Origin: a virus
Taxonomy: Duplodnaviria; Caudoviricetes
Virus record (IMG/VR): IMGVR_UViG_3300008217_000072
Coordinates: 1 to 26,228 of that record
Length of the DNA stretch: 26,228 nucleotides
Reading direction: 5' to 3' (one strand)
The translations under genes were made by a program, and so were the position numbers. Below, piece by piece: positions 1-8,280 of this stretch (positions are counted from its first letter, which is position 1; each line of letters starts with the position of its first letter). The notes below the pieces were generated by a model. The model did not search any database. It was not told the DNA's origin and worked only from the letters and a program-made list of their open reading frames with translations.

Positions 1-1
1 A

Positions 2-178
2 GAGAGACAAAGAGCTGTAACTCCTGCTACTCCTGAAGAAATGAAAAGAGAACAGGAGCGTAGGAAGAAGGCGGGTCTAAATCCAGATGGAACTAAGAAA
101 AAGCCAGTAAAGAAACAAACAAACCGAGAAGTAGCTAGAGCTACAAGATATGAAGATGAGGGAGGTGCCGTTAAGTGA
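2..178 (+). CDS. 3' end of a charged hypothetical protein (truncated by window edge)
   Basis: Frame 2 is open from the window start (ERQRAVTPATPEEMKREQ...EGGAVK*). Its TGA overlaps the GTG of the next ORF (GTGA). Confidence 0.6.
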   Translation, partial: ERQRAVTPATPEEMKREQERRKKAGLNPDGTKKKPVKKQTNREVARATRYEDEGGAVK

Positions 179-399
179 AAAAAGAATATGCTTTAGGCGG
201 TATAGGAATCCTCCTTGTAGGGATGGTGTTGGGAAGTGCCGCTTCCAAGATGTCTTACAAGGGCTGTGGTGCCCACAGGGGCGCACGGATGGAACGAATG
301 AGTGGTATGAGGCGTATGGGTCCCCCACAAAAGGCTTGGAAGGCTGAGTCTAAGAAGGCTAACAAAATTGCGAAGTACGCAAAAAAAAATAAAAAGTGA
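175..399 (+). CDS. Small hypothetical protein with N-terminal hydrophobic segment and basic C-terminus
   Basis: GTG start preceded by GGAGGT; hydrophobic stretch ALGGIGILLVGMVLGSAA; coupled to the upstream stop codon. Confidence 0.55.
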   Translation: MKKEYALGGIGILLVGMVLGSAASKMSYKGCGAHRGARMERMSGMRRMGPPQKAWKAESKKANKIAKYAKKNKK

Positions 400-416
400 A
401 TTTCTTAAAGAAATCA

Positions 417-424
417 TATAAATA
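417..424 (+). promoter_or_regulatory. T4-type late promoter TATAAATA
   Basis: Exact T4 late consensus in the intergenic gap before scaffold/MCP; a gp55-like sigma factor is encoded in the window. Confidence 0.65.
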
Positions 425-446
425 TAGATAGAAATTGGAGTGTTTT

Positions 447-1058
447 ATGAGTGAAAATATTAAGAGTATTGCCGATCTTCTTCCTGAAGGCTTGAGCGAG
501 GAATCAGTTGGGGAAGTTGCAGCCCTAGTTGATTCAGTTATTGCTGAGGAAGTTGAAGGTCGCATCAAAACTCTAGATGCAAAAGTTTCTGCTTACCTAC
601 GACATCACATTGATGAAGTAAAAGAACACGCTCTACAAGAACTAGAGGAGGAGAATGAAATTTTCCGTAACTCTCGTTTGTTTGAAGAGCTGCGTACTTT
701 TATGTCCATTGAACTTTCTCAAGATGATGAGGAAAGTGTTGTACGGGGAGCAGTCGCAGAAAAAGAACAAACAGAAGAAGAACTAGCCGTTCTTGCAGAA
801 GAGCTAAACAAGTCTCTTGTTGATAATGAAAAGCTAGAAAATTCTGTGAAGGTTTTATCAGATAGAAATAGTATCCTAGAAGAAACTCTTGGAGAAAAAG
901 ATAAAGAGATCGTGAGCTTGGAAGAAGAGAAGGACGAACCTTTTAAGTCTTCAGAAAAGGCTTTAGTAATAGCCGAAAATATGGCTCAATCAAAAAGAAC
1001 CGCTCCTTCCGAGCTTAATGAGTTCTTAACAGAGGACATGTTAAAGTACATGCCTTAA
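447..1058 (+). CDS. Prohead core scaffold protein (T4 gp22-like)
   Basis: Very acidic coiled-coil protein directly upstream of the MCP. ATG at 447 follows GGAG (437-440) and is preferred over the TTG at 435. Confidence 0.8.
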   Translation: MSENIKSIADLLPEGLSEESVGEVAALVDSVIAEEVEGRIKTLDAKVSAYLRHHIDEVKEHALQELEEENEIFRNSRLFEELRTFMSIELSQDDEESVVRGAVAEKEQTEEELAVLAEELNKSLVDNEKLENSVKVLSDRNSILEETLGEKDKEIVSLEEEKDEPFKSSEKALVIAENMAQSKRTAPSELNEFLTEDMLKYMP

Positions 1059-1077
1059 TTAATAGGAAAATAATAAT

Positions 1078-2715
1078 ATGTGGCAAGATAGTAAATTAAC
1101 TGAGAAGTGGGCACCTGTACTTGAAGGCATTTCTGATGCCGAATCAAGGGCTACTACAGCAAAGCTTCTCGAAAACCAAGCCAAGTCCATTATTGCTGAT
1201 CGCGTTGATGAAGATATTACCACAGCTACAACTACCGTTGGTAAGCTGGGTACATTCCAAAAGTTCGCGTTTCCTCTGATCCGTAGGGTCTATCCTGAGC
1301 TGATTGCTAACTCGATTTGTGGTGTGCAGCCTATGCAGGGACCAGTGAGCCAGATTTTCTATCTGGGTCATACTCGTTCAGGTGAAGATGCGACTGGAAC
1401 TCGTGTAAACCAAACAGTTTACAGTCAGTTCCTGCTTACCCACCAGGGTTTGACGGCATCAGGTATCGGCTCTACTTCCGGCCCGGGTGCGGGCCTGGCT
1501 GGTGGCGATAGTTACTGGGAAGATCCCGCAGGTGGCGAAGTTGGTGCAAGCCTAGGAGTGGAAAATACAGGACTTGATCTTGATGTAGCGACAGAGTTTG
1601 ATACGAGTAATGTTATAGCGCACGGGGCGGGCGGCGCTCATGGTACTCCTGACACCACGGTTGGTGGTAAGATTGCGTCATTCCCTGATAGCACGACAAC
1701 CCTTGGTTGGAATGTGTCAGCGGGTGAGCGTCTGAAAGATGGTGGGATCCCAGAGATAGCTTTCCATATCGAGCAACAGGCTGTTGTAGCCCGTACTCGT
1801 AAGATGAGAGCTCTCTGGACTCTGGAAGCTTCACAAGACCTTCGTGCATATCACGACATGGATCTGGAGCGGGAGCTTACTGGCCTTTTGAGCCAAGAGC
1901 TTCAGCTTGAGATTGACCGTGAACTGGTCGAAGATATTCGGATGCTTGCATACGATGTTGGTCGTTTTGGTAATTGGAAGCGTGATGAGCTAAATCAAGG
2001 AAACCCAAACTCCTTTAATGATGTCCCCGGTAAGGGACCATTTGAGGCTGACGGTGGCGCGAGTGACGGCTCCTGGCAACCAGCTGCGTTTACCTACGAC
2101 TTTAATGAAGTAGGACTAACAACTACCAACACCTCTGGTGCTGCTGGTAATGTGTTTGTGATTGATTTCTCAGCCTCGGCTATTGATTTCGCTCCACAGC
2201 ACATGGGTCATGTGTATGCTAACCTGCTAGCTGTTCTGAACCTCGCGTCTCAGGACATCTACAAGACCACTTGGCGTGGTCCTGGCAGTTGGCTGCTAAC
2301 CTCCCCACTCGTAGCTTCTATGCTGGAATCAGCTGCGAAGCTAGAAGGCGGTGTCCAAAATGGAGACGGCCCCTCTAACATGGGTGGTGGTAAGGTAGAA
2401 TATCGCGGCAAGTTTGCTGGTAAGTATGACCTGTATGTTGATCCTCTCTATCCTGAGGATGAAATTCTTATGGGTTATAAGGGTAAGAATGCAATGGATG
2501 CTGGCTTCTGCTACTGTCCTTACATTCCACTACAGCAAATCCCAACCATTACGGATCCTCATACCTTCCAACCACGGAAGGGTATCCTGACCCGTTATGG
2601 CAAGGCTGCTATTGAACCCGCGTCTAGATTCTACAGGGTGATCAGGATTGTTGGTCCTACGGCTAACTACCTGTTCTCGCCATTCCAATCTAACTCGTCA
2701 AATAGCGTAAGCTAG
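1078..2715 (+). CDS. Major capsid protein (T4 gp23-like)
   Basis: gp23 hallmarks: LTEKWAPVLEG, LLENQ, LIRRVYPELIA..ICGVQPMQGP, ARTRKMRALWTLEASQDL, EIDRE, YCPYIPL, FQPRKGILTRYG. Confidence 0.97.
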   Translation: MWQDSKLTEKWAPVLEGISDAESRATTAKLLENQAKSIIADRVDEDITTATTTVGKLGTFQKFAFPLIRRVYPELIANSICGVQPMQGPVSQIFYLGHTRSGEDATGTRVNQTVYSQFLLTHQGLTASGIGSTSGPGAGLAGGDSYWEDPAGGEVGASLGVENTGLDLDVATEFDTSNVIAHGAGGAHGTPDTTVGGKIASFPDSTTTLGWNVSAGERLKDGGIPEIAFHIEQQAVVARTRKMRALWTLEASQDLRAYHDMDLERELTGLLSQELQLEIDRELVEDIRMLAYDVGRFGNWKRDELNQGNPNSFNDVPGKGPFEADGGASDGSWQPAAFTYDFNEVGLTTTNTSGAAGNVFVIDFSASAIDFAPQHMGHVYANLLAVLNLASQDIYKTTWRGPGSWLLTSPLVASMLESAAKLEGGVQNGDGPSNMGGGKVEYRGKFAGKYDLYVDPLYPEDEILMGYKGKNAMDAGFCYCPYIPLQQIPTITDPHTFQPRKGILTRYGKAAIEPASRFYRVIRIVGPTANYLFSPFQSNSSNSVS

Positions 2716-2746
2716 ATAACTAGCACGATTGGGTAAAGGAAATAGG

Positions 2747-2782
2747 GAGGCCAGGAGTATTTTACTCCTGGCCTCTTGCTTT
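2747..2782 (+). terminator. Intrinsic terminator after MCP
   Basis: 13-bp perfect stem GAGGCCAGGAGTA-ttt-TACTCCTGGCCTC followed by TTGCTTT. Confidence 0.8.
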
Positions 2783-2810
2783 ATAACGAGTATATACTTT
2801 AGGAGGATTT

Positions 2811-3026
2811 ATGAAATATAAGAGCAAGTGCAGATTTAATATGGTTATTATTGTAAATGATGAGGTTCTTCAAATTCGTCCAGGGCAGGTTATTGAGTCT
2901 GATGTAGCGTTAGATTCTCCATATTTGCGTGTGATACCAAAAACAAAAAAGGCCCGAGTTAATAAAGAGAATCTAAATAAAGTAGTTAAAAAAATTAACT
3001 CTAAGGAGACTAAGTTAGATGGTTGA
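2811..3026 (+). CDS. Small basic hypothetical protein (possibly virion-associated)
   Basis: Strong SD AGGAGG; overlaps the gp13 start. Confidence 0.75.
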   Translation: MKYKSKCRFNMVIIVNDEVLQIRPGQVIESDVALDSPYLRVIPKTKKARVNKENLNKVVKKINSKETKLDG

Positions 3027-3909
3027 CATGGTTCCCGTTCCAAATCTTTCTACTTTTGGTACGAATAATATATATGGTAACTCCTTTGCTGATTATGCTG
3101 GGCAGAGGGTTGATGACGGTGTACCAAAAGGAACAATTGATTCCGCGAAACTTAATAAGACCACTTTAAGTGATGTTATTGAGTTCTCTGCCTTTGAAGA
3201 GCAACTTAAGGATTATATCTTAGGCAGACTCGGACACCCCATTGTTCGCATAGAACTTACACCCTTTCAAATAAAAATTTGTTTGGATGAGGCTGTGACA
3301 AGGTTTCAAAACCACGCTCCGCTATGGACAATGCAGATGATTGTCTTTGATGCGTCAGCAAATCAAACGGTTTACAAAATGCCCCCATATATTATTGATA
3401 ATCTAGAATATGTGGTGTATAAGAAAACGCTGTTATCTATACAGCAAAAAGCAGGTACTCTAGAATTTGACTTTTTCATTAAGTACTTCCAAGACAATTT
3501 CTTGTTCCAAAACTTTGGAGTTGGGGATTTCTACATGCTGCAAATGCACCTTGAGCAGATGCGTAAGGTACTAGGCATGGAGGGTTCGTGGAATGTCCTT
3601 AATAATCAATACCTACAGATAAGTCCCGCTCCTGTCCTAACCCCTGAGGAGGTGATCGTTGTCTTCCGTGCTGTTGATTCCGAGACTATCCACCCAGCCT
3701 ATAAAAATTGGATACAAAAGTACGCTTTAGCGTGTGCTAAGGGAGTACTAGGAGAAATTAGAGGGAAGTATGCCACTCTCCCAGGTCCAGGGGGAGGAGC
3801 ATCCCTTAACGGCGCAGCTCTGAAGCAGGAAAGTGAAGCAGAAAAACAAAAGCTTGAAGAAGAGTTGATGAACGAATTGGAAGAGCCTCCTTCCTTCACA
3901 ACCTTCTAG
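3019..3909 (+). CDS. Neck protein (T4 gp13-like)
   Basis: LKDYILGRLGHPIVRIELT..QI..CLDEA, WIQKYALACAK..LGEIRGKY..LPGPGG..SLNG..L..E; typical gp13 N- and C-termini. Confidence 0.9.
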   Translation: MVDMVPVPNLSTFGTNNIYGNSFADYAGQRVDDGVPKGTIDSAKLNKTTLSDVIEFSAFEEQLKDYILGRLGHPIVRIELTPFQIKICLDEAVTRFQNHAPLWTMQMIVFDASANQTVYKMPPYIIDNLEYVVYKKTLLSIQQKAGTLEFDFFIKYFQDNFLFQNFGVGDFYMLQMHLEQMRKVLGMEGSWNVLNNQYLQISPAPVLTPEEVIVVFRAVDSETIHPAYKNWIQKYALACAKGVLGEIRGKYATLPGPGGGASLNGAALKQESEAEKQKLEEELMNELEEPPSFTTF

Positions 3910-3911
3910 TC

Positions 3912-4484
3912 ATGGCTAAAAAAAAGAATTTTAAAGTTGGGATTGAAGTTCCTCCCTTGGTTGAGCTTGATGATATATCTGATAGCGAACTAAGTTTATT
4001 CGATCCAGGCAACCCAGATATAGCTCTCTTTAATTTAATTGATGATGAAACTATTAAATTATCTGGGTCTAAGATAGAGTATTATAAGTACTTTCAAAAT
4101 TCTGATTTTGATCCCGTCTATATGGAGTCTAGAAATAAGCCTGTAGCAAAAGAGCCTGTTATAGTTTATGGACACTATGAACCACGAGTTCTAGAGGAGA
4201 ACCTTACTCAGTTTGGAATAGAACTTACCAATGATCAGTTCTTTGTATTCAACAAAAGCTACATTGAGCGAGTACTAAAGCGTACCCCTATCCCAGGCGA
4301 TCAGATAAAGCCTAAGTTTCAAAATTGGAAGTGGGAGATCTTTCAAGTACAGGAAGATAGTTTTGAAGCTTATGGTGTATACCACCTAGTATGTTCTGCT
4401 AAGATCCTACGCGATGCTCCAGAAGTACAAGACACTCCTCTTACGGATGTATCTGAAGAGCTTGGGGGCTATACAGAATGGTAA
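3912..4484 (+). CDS. Neck / head-closure protein (T4 gp14-like)
   Basis: ETIKLSG..IEYY, DPVYMES, LTQFGIE, PIPGDQI, WEIFQV; follows gp13. Confidence 0.8.
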   Translation: MAKKKNFKVGIEVPPLVELDDISDSELSLFDPGNPDIALFNLIDDETIKLSGSKIEYYKYFQNSDFDPVYMESRNKPVAKEPVIVYGHYEPRVLEENLTQFGIELTNDQFFVFNKSYIERVLKRTPIPGDQIKPKFQNWKWEIFQVQEDSFEAYGVYHLVCSAKILRDAPEVQDTPLTDVSEELGGYTEW

Positions 4485-7012
4485 GTCTACCTAGACACCG
4501 TGGCATAACTTATGTTCAGGAGAGTGCGGCTTATGGGCACTCTACCTGGATGGATCTTGTTCAGGCTGAGGCTGATTTTGCACAGATGGCCAGTGATGGA
4601 TATAATTCCATAGGATTCTGGGTTAACCCTGGAGATATTATTGAGGTTTGGGATTACACTAATACATCTCCAGCTGATGGAGCCCCTGGTTTTTCTTGTG
4701 GTACATCTTCTTTAAATACTACAGGTATTCATACCCTGTCATCTCTAGTCAGCATGGCAGCATCGGCAGGACTAAGTTCAATAATAAATGTAAAAGGCCC
4801 TAAAAATAGGATGCCATATGGTCCTGTTAGTGCCGATGATGACCTGGGTCCTGGGTCGCCTGGGCATCTGGCTAGGGTAACGGGAACAGATCGCTCACCC
4901 CCTTTCCCTTGGATAGGAGATTGGCATGATAAGTGGGATGAGGGGGGAATATATATGAGTAAAGCTAAGGGTCATTTTTATGATTACGCAGCAGCTTTTA
5001 ATGGAAAGTATCTTGCGGGGGGACACCAACGAAAACTGACAAATTATTGGACTGATAATAATTCGACAGCATCTAATGTTGATTCAGGTAGCTACGATGC
5101 CTTTACTATAGGACCAAACCAAGACCTTATCCAAGGAGGTCCTGGCGTTGGTCATGAGGCTCTTACGGAACGAAATTGGGATGGTTTATATAATGATGAT
5201 TTTATATTATTCTATAAAGCATTTTTAATTGAGTTAGGAAAAATTTTTCAGGACGCAGCCTTAGATATAAATATTTTATATTATAAACTTTCTCAAGAGA
5301 CTCTTATTCCAGACAATCCGTGGGCTTACTATGGATCTTCAATAGCATATAAATTTACTAAGTGGTTGCAGGAAGATCCAGAAGGTTTAATGGGAGCGAA
5401 GACTCACGAAGATCTTGGTGCATCTTCAATAAATCCTACAGGAAAAAATGATCCTAAAGTTATAGATAACTGGTATTATCGTTGGCAAATACTGGGGAAG
5501 GATGGGGCTGCTGGGCTTCGAAATGGTGGGGGTTTATATAATAAATATCCAGAAAGCGTACTAGGGGGTGATGCTATTTATGGGACATCTGGGGAATGGC
5601 AATCGAACACTTTGGGTGCTGTAATTGATTGGGCTGATGACCCAACAGGTGCTCTTTTAGGAGCTTCAGGATTAAAAGATGTTTCTTCTTGGGAAGATTT
5701 TTCTTCAGTTAGTTTTAAAGCTCATGCTAGTGGAGACGAACAAGCTTATAGTTTTAGAGGAGTACCAAAATTTGATGGTATACAGAAGGCTTCATGGAGA
5801 CCTTTTTGGGATCTTATGAATAAATTAGAGTGGTCAATGGCATCAGGACATAATACCACTTTTTTCGATGCAAATGCGGGTGACGAGAATTTAGATGTAT
5901 GGAATATCCCCCATACAGCGAACGGAAATTGGCCAGGATTTACTTCAAGATACCACCAACGAGCAGACTTCTATAGATTTATAACAGCTACTTTAGGGGG
6001 ATACGGAGATGGGGATGTTTATCAATGTTCTGTGTCATCTATGGTTAGTTCAATTAAATTGGGAGATCCTGGGGCAGTAGTAGCAGTTAAGCATTTAAAA
6101 CCAAGATTTTACCAAGATTACTGGGGTTTAGATGAGAAGGACAAGGTACTTGGAGTCAGCGTGGAAACCCCTAGATACGAACGAGCCGACTGGTTATCAA
6201 AAGCCTATGGGGATGTTATCTGTTTGGGATGGTATCCCACTTCATCGGTTGATGGAAATTATTATTGTGATGACGGGGGCACATATATAACTTTTGCTGA
6301 ACATCTACAAGATATTTTAAATTTATCTGGAGAACCCACATGGCACCAACACAGCGATGGGAATAGACCCCTGACCATTTGGGAATGTGGTATGATAAGT
6401 TCGGGAACATTTGCTCCTGAAAAAAACCAGTTTGGAGGTGGGGGTCAAGCGGGTTCTCATAACACTGCTCGTGAGATGCTTGAGCAACTGAGTACTTTTT
6501 GTGATGCCAGTGATGTAGCAGGAATGAATTTATGGGAATCCATTGAACGGTATCCTAAAACAAAACAACTGCTATATTATTGGCAACATATAAATAATGG
6601 TAATGGCATGTGGAGTTCTCAGTCAGGACCGCGAGATAATGAGTACTTTGGTCTTAAATATAAAGGAACAAAATATCCAAAAGATCAATACAATATTTTT
6701 AATGCTTCAGGATTCGTAGAGGCTAGTAGTAACACTGGTGGTACAGATTTTGTTGCTGGAGATAGACTGTATGTTTCTGCTGGGCAGACGGTCAAGTTTA
6801 TCAATCAGGGGGATACCGTTTTCTCAGTAAGTGCTTTAGATACAAGTGGTAATAATGTATTTAAAGCATGGAATACGACCACAGAGGCATATGATACAAG
6901 CGGAAGAAATATACTACCTATAGCTGGAGATATTACTTCTCCCTTTGATCCTTCGTCTGTCTTTACTTACACCTTTCCTACTGATAGTGTATTTACAGTG
7001 AGTGCTACATAA
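4478..7012 (+). CDS. Clan GH-A (GH42/GH5-like) TIM-barrel glycoside hydrolase with C-terminal cupredoxin-like beta domain
   Basis: Ordered motifs: ADFAQMASDGYNSI, LVSMAASAGLSSII, YKLSQE (putative acid/base), FTKWLQE, ADFYRF, IKLGDP, DVICLGWYP, PLTIWECG (putative nucleophile), GMNLWE, EYFGL. C-terminus VSAGQTVKFINQG...FTYTF. Confidence 0.65.
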   Translation: MVSLPRHRGITYVQESAAYGHSTWMDLVQAEADFAQMASDGYNSIGFWVNPGDIIEVWDYTNTSPADGAPGFSCGTSSLNTTGIHTLSSLVSMAASAGLSSIINVKGPKNRMPYGPVSADDDLGPGSPGHLARVTGTDRSPPFPWIGDWHDKWDEGGIYMSKAKGHFYDYAAAFNGKYLAGGHQRKLTNYWTDNNSTASNVDSGSYDAFTIGPNQDLIQGGPGVGHEALTERNWDGLYNDDFILFYKAFLIELGKIFQDAALDINILYYKLSQETLIPDNPWAYYGSSIAYKFTKWLQEDPEGLMGAKTHEDLGASSINPTGKNDPKVIDNWYYRWQILGKDGAAGLRNGGGLYNKYPESVLGGDAIYGTSGEWQSNTLGAVIDWADDPTGALLGASGLKDVSSWEDFSSVSFKAHASGDEQAYSFRGVPKFDGIQKASWRPFWDLMNKLEWSMASGHNTTFFDANAGDENLDVWNIPHTANGNWPGFTSRYHQRADFYRFITATLGGYGDGDVYQCSVSSMVSSIKLGDPGAVVAVKHLKPRFYQDYWGLDEKDKVLGVSVETPRYERADWLSKAYGDVICLGWYPTSSVDGNYYCDDGGTYITFAEHLQDILNLSGEPTWHQHSDGNRPLTIWECGMISSGTFAPEKNQFGGGGQAGSHNTAREMLEQLSTFCDASDVAGMNLWESIERYPKTKQLLYYWQHINNGNGMWSSQSGPRDNEYFGLKYKGTKYPKDQYNIFNASGFVEASSNTGGTDFVAGDRLYVSAGQTVKFINQGDTVFSVSALDTSGNNVFKAWNTTTEAYDTSGRNILPIAGDITSPFDPSSVFTYTFPTDSVFTVSAT

Positions 7013-8043
7013 TGAGTTTTCTTATAGATGTTCTTGTTGATCGTTCTGATGTCAGCGGCTACGCTAGGACTAGTGCTGGCGCTGCAATAGGGGGTGTACA
7101 GGTTAAGTGGGGAACTACTCAGGTAGATACCGACAACAACGGGTACTACCTCCTACCAGCCCTTAAATGTGAGACACACGATCTGTACTTTAAGGTGCCT
7201 GGATACCAAGTATTTGTTATTGAGAATTTTACTCCTGCTGATTGTGTTGGGGCTAATACTAGAAATAGATATTTAGAAGTGTCGTTCATTACGGGCAGGC
7301 CTAATGTAAAATCTTATGAAACTCCTGTTGCAAATTTACAATTCATTGAATCTCAAAATACTTTAGCAAGTAGAACACAAAATGTTCGACTACTGTTAAG
7401 ACAAATTAATAAAATTCAAAAACAAAGTGCGTTGCAAGTCGGGACAACAATATACAAGCAAACTCTAAGAGAGATGATTTTCTTATTTGGAAGTTTACAA
7501 TATCTAAATTCTGAAAATGCTTTGATTGATATTAAATGTGTTCACGCAAATCCAGAACGAACGGTGGCCAAGTTAAATCAAGATAACAATATTATTCTCC
7601 CTATTATCTCAATAAATCAAAACATGACAACCACTGCTGAAAAAAGACAGAGGTATTCTGAAACTTTGGTGCATGAAGTAGTTTGGGATGATGTTAAACA
7701 AAGGGCGCAAAGAGTTATTAGTATACCACCACGGGCTGTGGATATTGGTTATGAGGTTAATGTGTGGGCGAAGTACAAAGAAGATATGGATCAAATTGTT
7801 GAACAAATTAGATCAAAATTTAACCCTGGATTAATTGTTCCCACAAAAAATAATAAAATAACGGAAGCTTTTATAACGGAAGAGAGGGATGACGGGGAGG
7901 TGGTTGCTGGTGATAGAGAAGATAGGATTTTAAGGAAAGCTTTTGTGGTTTCCATAGAAACTTATCTCCCAGCCACTAGGTTCCTATACACCAATACAGG
8001 CAAGATTGAGGAATTCAATCTGGAATATGAACTTGATGAATAA
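7012..8043 (+). CDS. Tail terminator / sheath stabilizer (T4 gp15-like) with N-terminal carboxypeptidase-regulatory-like beta-sandwich
   Basis: C-terminal part IILPIISI...VDIGYEVNVWAKYKEDMDQIVEQIRSKFNP is gp15-like. N-terminal VSG..AIGGVQV..TDNNGYY.L...PGY resembles CarboxypepD_reg domains. Confidence 0.8.
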   Translation: MSFLIDVLVDRSDVSGYARTSAGAAIGGVQVKWGTTQVDTDNNGYYLLPALKCETHDLYFKVPGYQVFVIENFTPADCVGANTRNRYLEVSFITGRPNVKSYETPVANLQFIESQNTLASRTQNVRLLLRQINKIQKQSALQVGTTIYKQTLREMIFLFGSLQYLNSENALIDIKCVHANPERTVAKLNQDNNIILPIISINQNMTTTAEKRQRYSETLVHEVVWDDVKQRAQRVISIPPRAVDIGYEVNVWAKYKEDMDQIVEQIRSKFNPGLIVPTKNNKITEAFITEERDDGEVVAGDREDRILRKAFVVSIETYLPATRFLYTNTGKIEEFNLEYELDE

Positions 8044-8093
8044 ATTTTTCATTTATGGTTGGTAGGTAGTGTACATAATGTAGGAGTTTTTAT

Positions 8094-8270
8094 ATGAAAG
8101 AAATTATTAATCAAAGTTTACAAGGACAGATGGTGTTCTTTCAAACTCCAAAAGGGGCTAAAGGCTTTTGGCTTAGCCCCCAGGAACATATGATTGTTCC
8201 CAGCTCTTTTCTTTCAAGCCACACTGAAGCGCTACAAGTAAGGAGCCTTATATCCGTGAAGGATGCTTAG
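8094..8270 (+). CDS. 58-aa hypothetical protein (missed by the ORF track)
   Basis: SD AGGAG at 8082-8086, ATG 8094, MKEIINQSLQGQMVFFQTPKG...ISVKDA, TAG at 8268-8270; fills the gap before the sheath gene. Confidence 0.75.
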   Translation: MKEIINQSLQGQMVFFQTPKGAKGFWLSPQEHMIVPSSFLSSHTEALQVRSLISVKDA

Positions 8271-8280
8271 GAGATAAAGA

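Noticed and set aside
6760-7012. Functional copper-binding plastocyanin domain
   Set aside because: The His and Cys copper ligands are absent; only the fold pattern is suggested.
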